A DNA stretch of 64,000 bases from Candidatus Moraniibacteriota bacterium (GCA_003483065.1 DMWY01000008.1:2177-66176), one strand, 5' to 3'; positions 49,303 through 58,130 are shown, counted from the stretch's first letter. Program-made: numbers and translations. Notes: generated by a model from the letters alone, not told the origin.

Positions 49303-49905
49303 ATGCTAGAAGATAAGTCAAAAAATGAATTAACTGACAGCGAGCTGGTGGAAATTGTGCGAAACTCGGATCAGGAAAGATATGGCGAAATCATTGAAAG
49401 ATATCAAGGAAAATTATTCGCCTATCTTTTTCGTTTGATTGGTTCACGGGATGAAGCACAAGATATTTTGCAAGATGTTTTTCTCAAGGCCTATCGAAAT
49501 TTGCAAAGTTATGACACGGCGCGAAAATTTTCTTCCTGGATCTATCGCATCGCGCACAACGAAGCAGTCAACTTTATCAAGAGAAGAGCGCTTAAGAGAT
49601 TTATCCCCTGGGAAGATATCGCCGCGACCAAAGACAAATTGGAAATGATGAGTTTTGAAGAGGGGGCAGACAAGGCGTGGCTTCGAAAGGAAATTGGCAA
49701 AGAGGTAAATGTGGCGCTCGACAAAATGCCATTTAAGTATAAGCAAGTTTTGGTGCTCCGCTATTTTTCTGACAAATCATATGAAGAGATAAGTGAAATT
49801 TTGGGAAAGCCGATGAATACTGTGGGCACACTAATCAGTCGCGCCAAGCAAAAACTTTCCGAAGAATTGAAAGGGCAAGATTTGCCATTTGATAATGATA
49901 AATAA
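49303..49905 (+). CDS. ECF sigma factor (SigW-like)
   Basis: AQDILQDVFLKAY...FSSWIYRIAHN; SYEEISEILGKPMNTVGTLISRA. Confidence 0.93.
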   Translation: MLEDKSKNELTDSELVEIVRNSDQERYGEIIERYQGKLFAYLFRLIGSRDEAQDILQDVFLKAYRNLQSYDTARKFSSWIYRIAHNEAVNFIKRRALKRFIPWEDIAATKDKLEMMSFEEGADKAWLRKEIGKEVNVALDKMPFKYKQVLVLRYFSDKSYEEISEILGKPMNTVGTLISRAKQKLSEELKGQDLPFDNDK

Positions 49906-49919
49906 TTTTTGAAATATTT

Positions 49920-50588
49920 ATGGAAGAAAAAAAAGATATAATAAAAGAAAAGGTAATGCAGGCGATAAAAAGCAAGAAAGTGAAAATGCGCAGTCATTTG
50001 GTTTTTATGGCGGAAAAATTGGGACTGGAAAGCGCGCTGGCTGGCGCGATAATTTTCGGGTCGCTTCTAGTGAGTGTCATTTTCTATTTATTGAAAAAAA
50101 CCGGCGCGCTAAAATTTTTGAGTTTGGGAATACCAGGACTCAAAATTTTTCTTCTGACTTTGCCCTATGACTATATCGCGCTATTTATCTTTTTTGTGAT
50201 CTTGGCAATTTATTTCGCCAATCAAATTGAATTATTTTGTGGAAAATGTACGCGGACAGATTCTTTCGCTGTATATTTTTTTGTGGGATCTCTGATTTTG
50301 GGAACTATTTTTGGCATCATTGGAGTGGGGGATTTTCTTCATAGTTGGTCGGGAAAAAATATTCCTCGGGAGAGTGCGATTTATGGTAAGGTGAAAAGTT
50401 TCTCGCAAGAAGAAGTTTTAATTGAAGATGAGAATGGAAAAATGATCAGAGTTTCCATTGAAAAACCGCAAAATGCGATAATCGACAAATACGAAAAAGA
50501 CAAATTTTTGCGCGCGATCGGTTCACGCGACGCCAAGGATAACAGTCTGTTCCACGCGCAAGTTGTGAGGTGTTGTGATGAGGATTAG
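49920..50588 (+). CDS. Membrane protein, probable anti-sigma factor
   Basis: Directly after the ECF sigma gene; three TMs and an OB-like C-terminus. Confidence 0.6.
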   Translation: MEEKKDIIKEKVMQAIKSKKVKMRSHLVFMAEKLGLESALAGAIIFGSLLVSVIFYLLKKTGALKFLSLGIPGLKIFLLTLPYDYIALFIFFVILAIYFANQIELFCGKCTRTDSFAVYFFVGSLILGTIFGIIGVGDFLHSWSGKNIPRESAIYGKVKSFSQEEVLIEDENGKMIRVSIEKPQNAIIDKYEKDKFLRAIGSRDAKDNSLFHAQVVRCCDED

Positions 50589-50674
50589 AAATAGTTGATT
50601 TATTTTTAAATATATGATAATATCTTTCTATCATTGAAAGGTGCCCTGCTAAGGCATTTTTTATTGAACTATAT

Positions 50675-50737
50675 GCCGCGTTCGTCCCCGCCTCGCGTCG
50701 ACGAGCGGTCGCCTCCGCGAGTCGAGGCGGGTAGCCC
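50675..50737 (+). repeat. Duplicated 5' 18 nt of tRNA-Glu, interrupted by a 45-bp palindrome
   Basis: GCCGCGTTCGTC [CCCGCCTCG...CGAGGCGGG, 50687-50731] TAGCCC equals tRNA-Glu 51008-51025. Confidence 0.85.
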
Positions 50738-50742
50738 AATTT

Positions 50743-51003
50743 ATGAATAACTATTTTATATATTTATTAATAAGTCAGGATAAGCAGAGAACGTATACGG
50801 GATTTACTGATAATATAGAAAATAGGATAAAAAAACATAAAACCAAAGGCGTTAGAACAACAAAAAATTTCGGTGATTTCGGTTATATAATATTAGAAAA
50901 AGTTTTGCCTGACGAAAGACTTGCAAGAGAAGCTGAAAAATATTGGAAGTCTGCCTCTGGTAGGAGAAGGATAAAAGAAATATTAAAAAATAAAGAAGAT
51001 TAA
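50743..51003 (+). CDS. Stand-alone GIY-YIG nuclease
   Basis: YFIYLL...TYTGFT...RIKKH...AEKYWKS..GR. Confidence 0.9.
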   Translation: MNNYFIYLLISQDKQRTYTGFTDNIENRIKKHKTKGVRTTKNFGDFGYIILEKVLPDERLAREAEKYWKSASGRRRIKEILKNKED

Positions 51004-51007
51004 TTAT

Positions 51008-51085
51008 GCCGCGTTCGTCTAGCCCGGTCAGGACGCCAGGTTTTCATCCTGGAAATCATGGGTTCGAATCCCATACGCGGTACCA
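51008..51085 (+). tRNA. tRNA-Glu(TTC)
   Basis: CCAGG-TTTTCAT-CCTGG anticodon arm, GGTTCGAATCC, encoded CCA. Confidence 0.95.
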
Positions 51086-51091
51086 AACTTG

Positions 51092-51156
51092 AAAACAGCC
51101 CTTGATGGCTGTTTTTGATTTATCGGAGGAAGGGGGGTAGAATGGAAGTGTTCAGT
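51092..51156 (+). repeat. Terminator-plus-promoter module, copy 1 of 3
   Basis: Hairpin, then TTGATT-17nt G-rich-TAGAAT-GGAAGTGTTCAGT. Repeated at 53095-53132 and 53475-53539. Confidence 0.75.
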
Positions 51157-51249
51157 GAGGATTGGAAAAAATAAAGTTATCCACAGCTCAAAAGTTGCCT
51201 AAAATATCACAGAGTGATATAATATCATCATAACAAACTAAATAAAGTT

Positions 51250-51582
51250 ATGAAAAACAAATATAGTTCACTCGTCATTTTTGAAGATTTTAGGATTCGT
51301 CGTCACTACGACGAAAAAACGGAAACCTGGTATTTCTCGGTAATTGATATTGTTGCCGCTTTGATAGAGCAAACAGAATATAATAAGGCAAAAACATATT
51401 GGACTACTCTCAAGAATCGTTTGAAAAACGAAAAAAGTGAAGTGGTCACAAAATGTGACCAGTTGAAAATGCTGGCTAAAGATGGAAAAATGAGAGATCG
51501 GGATAATGAAATGTCTCAATCGTTTCCATTTTGGGAACAGTTGAATTTGTCAGCAAAAGAAAAAAGATATCAAAAAATTTAA
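51250..51582 (+). pseudogene. Truncated BRO-N/antirepressor-like gene with a duplicated variant segment
   Basis: IRRHYD...WYFSVIDIV...YWTTLKNRL...QLKMLAKDGKMR, then a second variant QSFPFWEQLNLSAK; C-terminal domain absent. Confidence 0.7.
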
Positions 51583-51590
51583 ATTAAATT

Positions 51591-52412
51591 ATGAAAAAAA
51601 TAAACACACAAGGGCTACAAATATATACTTTTCAAAAGAATGAGGGTGACTATATCTCGCTTACTGATATGGCTAAATATAAAGATCCTGAAAGGACAGA
51701 CTATATCATTCAAAACTGGATGAGAAATTATTCTACGATAGAATTTTTAGGTATTTGGGAGAGAATAAATAACCCTAATTTTAACCCCATCGAATTCGAC
51801 GGGTTTAAAAATAAAGCAGGTTCTAATAGTTTTTCGTTGACACCGACCAGATGGATCAGCGCTGTAAATGCAATTGGAATGATAACAAAATCAGGACGCT
51901 ATGGCGGAGGCACTTTTGCCCATAAAGATATTGCTTTTGAATTCGCAACTTGGATATCAGCCGAGTTTAAACTATATTTAATCAAGGAATTCCAAAGATT
52001 AAAAATAGAGGAAACCGAAAGACTAACTCTTGGTTGGGATGCAAAAAGAGCTTTGACCAAAATCAATTATCGCATACACACCGATTCTATCAAGGAAAAC
52101 ATCGTATTGCCACAGCAACTTTCAAAAAAAGATGCAGACATCACCTATGCCAATGAAGCGGATATTTTAAACAAGGCATTGTTTGGGATGACTGCATTGG
52201 AATGGAGAATAAAAAATAAAGGTAAAGAAGGAAACATTCGAGATTACTCCGATGTATATCAACTTATTTGTCTGGCTAATCTTGAAACATTAAATTCGGA
52301 ATTTATAAAAATGGGAATGAGTCAGAAAGAGAGACTGCTCAAATTAAATGAAATAGCTATTGTTCAAATGAGGTCACTTTTGAACAATCCAACTGTGAAA
52401 AAATTGAATTAA
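51591..52412 (+). CDS. KilA-N domain protein
   Basis: DYISLTDMAK, NWMRN..TIEFLGIWE, GRYGGGTFAHKDIAFEFATWIS. Confidence 0.9.
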   Translation: MKKINTQGLQIYTFQKNEGDYISLTDMAKYKDPERTDYIIQNWMRNYSTIEFLGIWERINNPNFNPIEFDGFKNKAGSNSFSLTPTRWISAVNAIGMITKSGRYGGGTFAHKDIAFEFATWISAEFKLYLIKEFQRLKIEETERLTLGWDAKRALTKINYRIHTDSIKENIVLPQQLSKKDADITYANEADILNKALFGMTALEWRIKNKGKEGNIRDYSDVYQLICLANLETLNSEFIKMGMSQKERLLKLNEIAIVQMRSLLNNPTVKKLN

Positions 52413-52416
52413 ATTT

Positions 52417-52926
52417 ATGGAAAAAGAAAATAATCTTGCCTTTATTGATGGACAAAATCTTTATATGGGAACAAGAAAAATAAAAGAACGACCATGGAAA
52501 GTTAATTTGAAGAAATTTAGAATTTTTTTGAAGGATAAATATCATATTCAGACAGCCTACTATTTTCTTGGATTTGTGAATGAGAAGAATCAAGATCTCT
52601 ATACTGAGATACAAGAAGCGGGATTTGTTTTGATTTTTAGAGAACATAATGCTGCTATGATTGGAAAGAAAAAGGGGAACGTAGATTCTGATATTGTTTT
52701 TTCTATTATGAAAAAACTATATAAAAAAGAGGTTTTTGAAAAGGTAGTATTGGTATCTGGCGATGGGGACTATAAGCAATTAGTCGATTTTCTTATCGAG
52801 GAAAAAAGATTTAAAAAAGCTTTATTTCCAAATAGAAAATTCGCTTCGTCATTATATAAAAAACTTGGGTCAGAGTTCTTTGATTTTTTAGATAGTGAGG
52901 CTATAAAAGCGAAGATTATGAAATAA
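52417..52926 (+). CDS. NYN-domain (PIN-like) ribonuclease
   Basis: AFIDGQNL, KKGNVDSD, LVSGDGDY. Confidence 0.88.
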   Translation: MEKENNLAFIDGQNLYMGTRKIKERPWKVNLKKFRIFLKDKYHIQTAYYFLGFVNEKNQDLYTEIQEAGFVLIFREHNAAMIGKKKGNVDSDIVFSIMKKLYKKEVFEKVVLVSGDGDYKQLVDFLIEEKRFKKALFPNRKFASSLYKKLGSEFFDFLDSEAIKAKIMK

Positions 52927-53010
52927 AAAAAGGCTCCTTAGGCACCAACACCTTTCGGATCCTTTTCGTCTTTATGCATAAAATATACACCCAAATCAGC
53001 GAAATGTCAA
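52925..53010 (-). ncRNA. Candidate small RNA with its own promoter, convergent on the NYN gene
   Basis: Minus-strand TTGACA-17nt-TATATT (53010-52982), then a bulged hairpin and T-run ending at the NYN stop; no ORF to drive. Confidence 0.5.
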
Positions 53011-53200
53011 CAGTGCTTGAATAAACAATATTTAAACCTATTCATAATACACTTATTTAGACCAAATATTCCACAAAATTTATGAACATATTTGTTGGCT
53101 TATTGGGGGAAAGGGGGTAGAATAGAAGTGTTGAATAATATCGAGAAAACAGAGAGTTTGCACCATTAATTGCGTAGCATAATTAATTTAAAATAAATTT

Positions 53201-53464
53201 ATGGAAAGCATGGAAAATCAAAATAAAATTTGGAAAGGTACGAATTTTTGGAAGGAAGAGATAAAAAAGGCGGGAGTTCTTGACAAGCTTAAATTTTTTA
53301 GCGACGTTATTACTGAAAATAGAGCGCCTCTTAGTTATGGCGATCCGGTTATCACGGATGTTGTGCTTGATGGAGTTGTATGTGATATATATCACACTGA
53401 CAAAAAACCAAATGACACAGGTTGCAGAATATTTATTCACAAAAAAGAGAGTACTGAAAATTAG
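53201..53464 (+). CDS. Hypothetical protein
   Basis: 87-aa ORF between two promoter-module repeats. Confidence 0.55.
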   Translation: MESMENQNKIWKGTNFWKEEIKKAGVLDKLKFFSDVITENRAPLSYGDPVITDVVLDGVVCDIYHTDKKPNDTGCRIFIHKKESTEN

Positions 53465-53564
53465 AAAAATTCACAAAACCGCTATCACTGGCGGTTTTTG
53501 ATTTATTGGAGGAAAGGGGGTAGAATGGAAGTGTTCAGTAATTAGTTAAGTAACATACAAAAAT

Positions 53565-54083
53565 ATGAAAATTGGAATTATTTCTGACGTCCATGACAAT
53601 GGACTAAATCTTCTAAAAGCGATAGATATTTTCAAGAAAAAAGAAGTTGAGATTATAATTCATTGTGGTGATTGGGGTTCGCCTGGAGCAGCTTGGCTTT
53701 TCATGAATAATTGTGACATCAGAACAATTTCGGTTTTTGGTAATAATGACAAGGATATGTATCGTTTTTTTACTTATAAAGAAAAGTATAATTGGGATAA
53801 GTTAGAATATCATGGTGAATTTGCAAATTTAGAATTGGAAGGAAAAAAGATTGCGGTTTATCATGGAAATGTTGGCGAGATAACAGAGGCATTGATGCTT
53901 TCTGGAAAGTGGGAAACAGTAATTTCAGGCCATGATCATGTGTCAAAGATAGAATCTGTAAATGGCGTCTTACATATTAATCCAGGAACAATTAATTGTT
54001 TGAAAGCTGGGAAAATCGAGAATAATTTTACGGTTGCGATTTATGATTTAGGAGAAAATAAGGCAGAGATTATTAAGTTGTAA
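53565..54083 (+). CDS. YfcE/MJ0936-family phosphodiesterase
   Basis: ISDVHDN, HCGD, GNND, YHG, SGHDH, INPG. Confidence 0.9.
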   Translation: MKIGIISDVHDNGLNLLKAIDIFKKKEVEIIIHCGDWGSPGAAWLFMNNCDIRTISVFGNNDKDMYRFFTYKEKYNWDKLEYHGEFANLELEGKKIAVYHGNVGEITEALMLSGKWETVISGHDHVSKIESVNGVLHINPGTINCLKAGKIENNFTVAIYDLGENKAEIIKL

Positions 54084-54153
54084 AAAAGATAGCGATAGTG
54101 ATTAAAATAAATATAAAAATATGACAACAAGAAAAAGTGAAGAAAAAAATACT

Positions 54154-54443
54154 TGCCCTGTTAAATAATTTTAAATTTTTTAATAGTCTATGTATTACAC
54201 ATATATTTTAAGGAGTGAAAAGGATAATAAAAATTATGTAGGTTATACTAAAAATTTAAAATTAAGATTTGAGGAGCATCAAAAAGGAAAAGTTGAATCA
54301 ACTAAAGATAGAAGGCCATTGAAATTGATATATTATGAAGCATATCTAAATCAGCAGGATGCGACACATAGAGAAAAATATTTAAAAACATATCATGGTA
54401 AGATGTTTCTAAAAAATCGCCTCAAATCTTATTTAACAGGGTG
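54154..54443 (+). mobile_element. GIY-YIG mini-element with terminal inverted repeats
   Basis: 13-bp perfect IR CCCTGTTAAATAA (54156-54168) / TTATTTAACAGGG (54429-54441). Confidence 0.7.
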
Positions 54444-54444
54444 A
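54190..54444 (+). CDS. Stand-alone GIY-YIG nuclease
   Basis: YYTYILRS...YVGYT..LKLRFEEH...LIYYEAY...REKYLK. Confidence 0.92.
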   Translation: MYYTYILRSEKDNKNYVGYTKNLKLRFEEHQKGKVESTKDRRPLKLIYYEAYLNQQDATHREKYLKTYHGKMFLKNRLKSYLTG

Positions 54445-54601
54445 ATAAAATCACGAGAGTAGGAAAAACCAGCTTAGCTGTCACTATTCCAATTGAGATG
54501 TATAAAGAATTAGGCTGGAAAGAAAAACAGAAGGTGGTTGTGAAAAGAGTTAGGGGTGGGGTTGAGATTAAGGATTGGAAAAAGATATAAGGTTATTTAA
54601 A

Positions 54602-55375
54602 ATGGACTTATCTTTCAATATAAAATTAGCTGACAATTATACTAGCTCATCTCAAAAGATAAGAGTTTTGACTGAGGATTGGGTTGATAGGCAAGTTTAT
54701 TGTCCAAACTGCGGGAAGTTAAGTATCGACAGATATGGAAATAATAAACCAGTTGCAGATTTTTATTGTGAAAATTGTAAGGAAGAATATGAATTGAAAA
54801 GCAAGAAGGATAGTATGGGCAAGAAAATTGTTGATGGCGCGTATAGTAAAATGATTGAAAGGCTGGATAGTGTTAATAATCCGAATTTTTTCTTTTTGAA
54901 TTATAGTTTACAAAGTTACAAGGTAGAAAATTTTGTAGTTATTCCGAAACATTTTTTTGTTCCTGAAATTATTGAAAAAAGAAAACCTCTCTCGGAAGAC
55001 GCAAGACGAGCAGGTTGGGTTGGATGCAATATTTTACTTCAAAATATTCCGCAAAGTGGAAAAATATTTTATGTAAAAGACGGAAATTTTGAAAATAAAG
55101 AAGATGTTTTGAAAAATTGGCAGAGAACACTTTTCTTGAGAGAAGAAAAAGAAATTAGTGCGAAAGGTTGGCTTTTGGATGTTATGAGTTGTATTGAGAG
55201 AATAAAAAAACAAAATTTTTCCCTAGATGAAGTTTATGCTTTTGAAAAAGAATTAAAAATAAAACATCCAGACAATAATTTTATTAAGGATAAGATGCGA
55301 CAAAAATTACAGGTTTTAAGAGATAATAATTACATTGAATTTATTAGTCCTGGTAAGTATAAATTAGTCATTTGA
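54602..55375 (+). CDS. DpnI/Dam-replacing-protein family methylation-dependent endonuclease
   Basis: SQKIRVLTEDW...CPNCG...NKPVADFYC..C.EEYELKSK...DGAY...RRAGWVGC; C-terminal wHTH KMRQKLQVLRD. Confidence 0.9.
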   Translation: MDLSFNIKLADNYTSSSQKIRVLTEDWVDRQVYCPNCGKLSIDRYGNNKPVADFYCENCKEEYELKSKKDSMGKKIVDGAYSKMIERLDSVNNPNFFFLNYSLQSYKVENFVVIPKHFFVPEIIEKRKPLSEDARRAGWVGCNILLQNIPQSGKIFYVKDGNFENKEDVLKNWQRTLFLREEKEISAKGWLLDVMSCIERIKKQNFSLDEVYAFEKELKIKHPDNNFIKDKMRQKLQVLRDNNYIEFISPGKYKLVI

Positions 55376-55436
55376 CAATTATCGTGAATCGATCAAAAAT
55401 TGATCAGAAATAAAAATTAATTTTCTGTTCAATTAT

Positions 55437-55871
55437 ATGAAAATTTCAAGAGAGTTGGCGATAAGAATATTAAAATATTTAGATGAGCATAAGAATTTTT
55501 ATTTTCCATTTCTAGTTATGTGCAAAGAGCACGCTGAAGGGGATGATGATTTTATAGAAATTGAACCTGAAGAATGGGAAATGATTCAGGAAGATGATAA
55601 GTATCAAACTTTTGAGTTGTGGGAAAATCTGCAAAATTTAGATGAAGAAACGCTTAAACTTTTGGCGAAAGGATTTTTAGAGAAAATTACCAGTGAATCT
55701 TTGGAGAAAAAAATAGAAAAATTAGCGAAAAAATACAGAAAAGAATGGAAAGTGGAATTGTGGGAAAGTGAAGATATTGAAGAGTTTGGGTATAATGAAT
55801 TTATAGGCGGAAAAGCAGAAGGGTGTGAGGAATGCTTGGAGTCGATAAAAAAATATGGAAAAATAGAGTAA
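55437..55871 (+). CDS. Hypothetical acidic protein
   Basis: 144-aa ORF; no motif recognised. Confidence 0.6.
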   Translation: MKISRELAIRILKYLDEHKNFYFPFLVMCKEHAEGDDDFIEIEPEEWEMIQEDDKYQTFELWENLQNLDEETLKLLAKGFLEKITSESLEKKIEKLAKKYRKEWKVELWESEDIEEFGYNEFIGGKAEGCEECLESIKKYGKIE

Positions 55872-55888
55872 ATTAAAAACGATTTAGT

Positions 55889-57163
55889 ATGGCAGATGGA
55901 TTTGTAAAAAATTATAAATTATTAGAAGAAAACAGCAAGGCTGATGATCTTTTGAATATTGGTGATTTTTGCGAAAAATTTACTAAAAAACTCAATTCAT
56001 TACCTAACTCATCGATTATTGCTTTGGTTGGAAAATTTGGTAGTGGTAAAAGTACAATGTTGCATAAAATAGCAACTAATTATTTGGCCACTTACGTATG
56101 GTTTGAATTTGATGCATGGAAATATCCGGACAGAGAAAATCTCTGGGAGGGATTTATTTTGGATTGTGTTGAAAAGATCAATCCAAATCATTTTTTAAGT
56201 GCGAAAAAAGAGATTGAAGGGAAGTCTAATGATGATAAAAAAACTTTGATTAATGTCTTATCTAAAATACCGGGGTTAGCAGTATTAGAAGGGTTTAATC
56301 ACTTTCTTGAAACATCTCCAGCAAAGCGTGTAAATGATGTACAGAGGATATTTAGAGAACAGCTCGATAATATAAAAAAAGATATTTTCGTTATCATTGA
56401 AGATATAGACAGGTCAGGCGATTCAGGCGCATTCTTTTTAGAGACGCTTAAACAATTTTTAAAATCATCTAATCTCTTAAATAAAGTTGTAATAATCGTT
56501 CCAATAGCTAATGAAAATTATTACAAAAATATCGATTCATATCTAAAGTGTATTGATTATTTTGATTTTTTTGAGCAAAAAAATATAAAATTAGATAAGT
56601 TTGTGGGCGAAGTTATAGATAACTCATTGCTCAGTGGGCAATTAAATAGAAAAGGCGATAATAAATTGATTTGGAGTGGACCAAGTAGAAAAGGGCAAAC
56701 GATTAGTTTTTTAGAAAAGCTTTTTGATGAAATGCCAGAGATGAATATGCGGTTACTTAAGTTAATATTGAGAAAAGCAAATCTGGCCTATAAAAATCAG
56801 ACTTCAGATGGACACGACCCAGATTTTCGGGTTACTTTATGCATAGAAGCATCGAAATATTTCAAAATTAATGGAAAGGAGGAATTGAGTTATTTTGATG
56901 ATTTTAGAGAAAGGGGTGTTATAATCAGAGGTAACATATTTTCCTCATTCTTAATTGCAATGTTAAATAATAAAGATTCTATTGTAGGTATTGATTATAC
57001 CAACGGAAGAGAAATCAAGAGATTATTGACATCGCCCTATGATTTTAAATTTATAAAAAGGGAGGACAATGACAAAATCCAATGGCCATCATATCCCTGG
57101 AGTTATGGCAGATTTAGTGGCGACTCTGGTTTTGGTGTGGCAAGTTTTTATTGCGAATATTAA
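55889..57163 (+). CDS. KAP-family P-loop NTPase
   Basis: Walker A GKFGSGKS, FDAWKY, Walker B VIIEDIDR. Confidence 0.85.
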   Translation: MADGFVKNYKLLEENSKADDLLNIGDFCEKFTKKLNSLPNSSIIALVGKFGSGKSTMLHKIATNYLATYVWFEFDAWKYPDRENLWEGFILDCVEKINPNHFLSAKKEIEGKSNDDKKTLINVLSKIPGLAVLEGFNHFLETSPAKRVNDVQRIFREQLDNIKKDIFVIIEDIDRSGDSGAFFLETLKQFLKSSNLLNKVVIIVPIANENYYKNIDSYLKCIDYFDFFEQKNIKLDKFVGEVIDNSLLSGQLNRKGDNKLIWSGPSRKGQTISFLEKLFDEMPEMNMRLLKLILRKANLAYKNQTSDGHDPDFRVTLCIEASKYFKINGKEELSYFDDFRERGVIIRGNIFSSFLIAMLNNKDSIVGIDYTNGREIKRLLTSPYDFKFIKREDNDKIQWPSYPWSYGRFSGDSGFGVASFYCEY

Positions 57164-57195
57164 TTTTCTATTGAAGAAATAAAATGTATTAATCT

Positions 57196-57363
57196 ATGGC
57201 ATATAAAGTTATGGAAAAATTTCTAAAGCAAGGATTTAAATTGAAAGAAGATATAATAAAAAAACAACATAACTGCCAAGCAACTGGATTTTGGGTGAAT
57301 CGATCTAAGGAAAGTAATTTTCTTTTGATTATGCACGAACATCTTTTTGTGTTTCAGAAATAA
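57196..57363 (+). pseudogene. C-terminal remnant of an amino-group DNA methyltransferase-like gene
   Basis: MAYKVMEKFLKQGFKLKEDIIKKQHNCQATGFW...FLLIMHEHLFVFQK*; recognised from memory as a methylase C-terminus. Confidence 0.5.
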
Positions 57364-57476
57364 TTCAATACATATTCTAATACGTATTAAAATACTTACC
57401 TAAATTAGTTACTTACTTTAAGTGTAAGATTAGCGCCGGAGCGCTGTAGTATCTGTATAAATAAGTGGGTGAAGTT

Positions 57477-57530
57477 ATGAACAAACTAACCGCCGAAGAA
57501 AAAAGAGTTATTTTGGAAAAGGTAATTTAA
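57477..57530 (+). pseudogene. N-terminal stub resembling MsrB
   Basis: MNKLTAEEKRVILEK matches the usual MsrB start NKLT.EE.RVI..KGTE, then stops. Confidence 0.4.
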
Positions 57531-57614
57531 AATTAACAAGAAAAATATGTTTATAAAACTCTATCTCATTGCCTTGCCGGTTTTTTGCTTCAGTTTTAAT
57601 TGTTACATAATACA

Positions 57615-58130
57615 ATGAAAAAAATTGAAGTTGTCGTTAATGACAAAATGCAAAAAAACTATGCTTATACTATCACAGAAAAATCTGGGGAAAATTTTGC
57701 ACCCGAATTTAAGCCGGAGTTGACCCCCAAAGAAATGCTTAAGCTTGGAATTTTTGGAGGGAGATATATACGAGATTGCAAAAAAGAATTTCCCAAAGAT
57801 TGGTTTTCAAAGGCTAAACTTTTTCCGGATGGTCTCTCTGGGCATGACAAAAATTTAAATTATTTCAAAGTAGATGCATCTCAACCCCTTTCGGTTTGGA
57901 GAAAAAAAGGATGGATTCACTCCGATGATCCAAGAGGCTGGTTTCAATGGTATTGTCGATATTATATAGGCAGAAGGCATGAGGATGATGCTCGTCAAAT
58001 TCGTCGCTGGAAAGCTTTTAGGCGTCACGTTACCCAAATTCAAAAAAATTGTTGGCAAGGAGATTTGAATTGTCGCTCAAGACAGCACCAAGCTGTGCTC
58101 CACTGGGCCTATGATAGTAGAAAATTGTAA
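57615..58130 (+). CDS. Conserved hypothetical protein
   Basis: FKPELTPKEMLKLGIFGGRY...DPRGWFQWYCRYYIGRR..DD.RQI.RW; function unknown. Confidence 0.75.
   Translation: MKKIEVVVNDKMQKNYAYTITEKSGENFAPEFKPELTPKEMLKLGIFGGRYIRDCKKEFPKDWFSKAKLFPDGLSGHDKNLNYFKVDASQPLSVWRKKGWIHSDDPRGWFQWYCRYYIGRRHEDDARQIRRWKAFRRHVTQIQKNCWQGDLNCRSRQHQAVLHWAYDSRKL

Larger units (their letters stand above)
54121..54590 (+). pseudogene. Small AbrB/MazE-like gene interrupted by a GIY-YIG element
   Basis: 5' part MTTRKSEEKNT (54121-54153); 3' part NKITRVGKTSLAVTIPIEMYKELGWKEKQKVVVKR...DWKKI* (54444-54590). Confidence 0.7.

Noticed and set aside
50446-50739. 97-aa minus-strand ORF
   Set aside because: It is produced by the GC-rich palindrome and overlaps the anti-sigma gene.
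55391-55405. GATCAA-AAA-TTGATC palindrome after the DpnI-like gene
   Set aside because: Only a 6-bp stem and not in the BRO palindrome register; could be chance, although both arms contain GATC.
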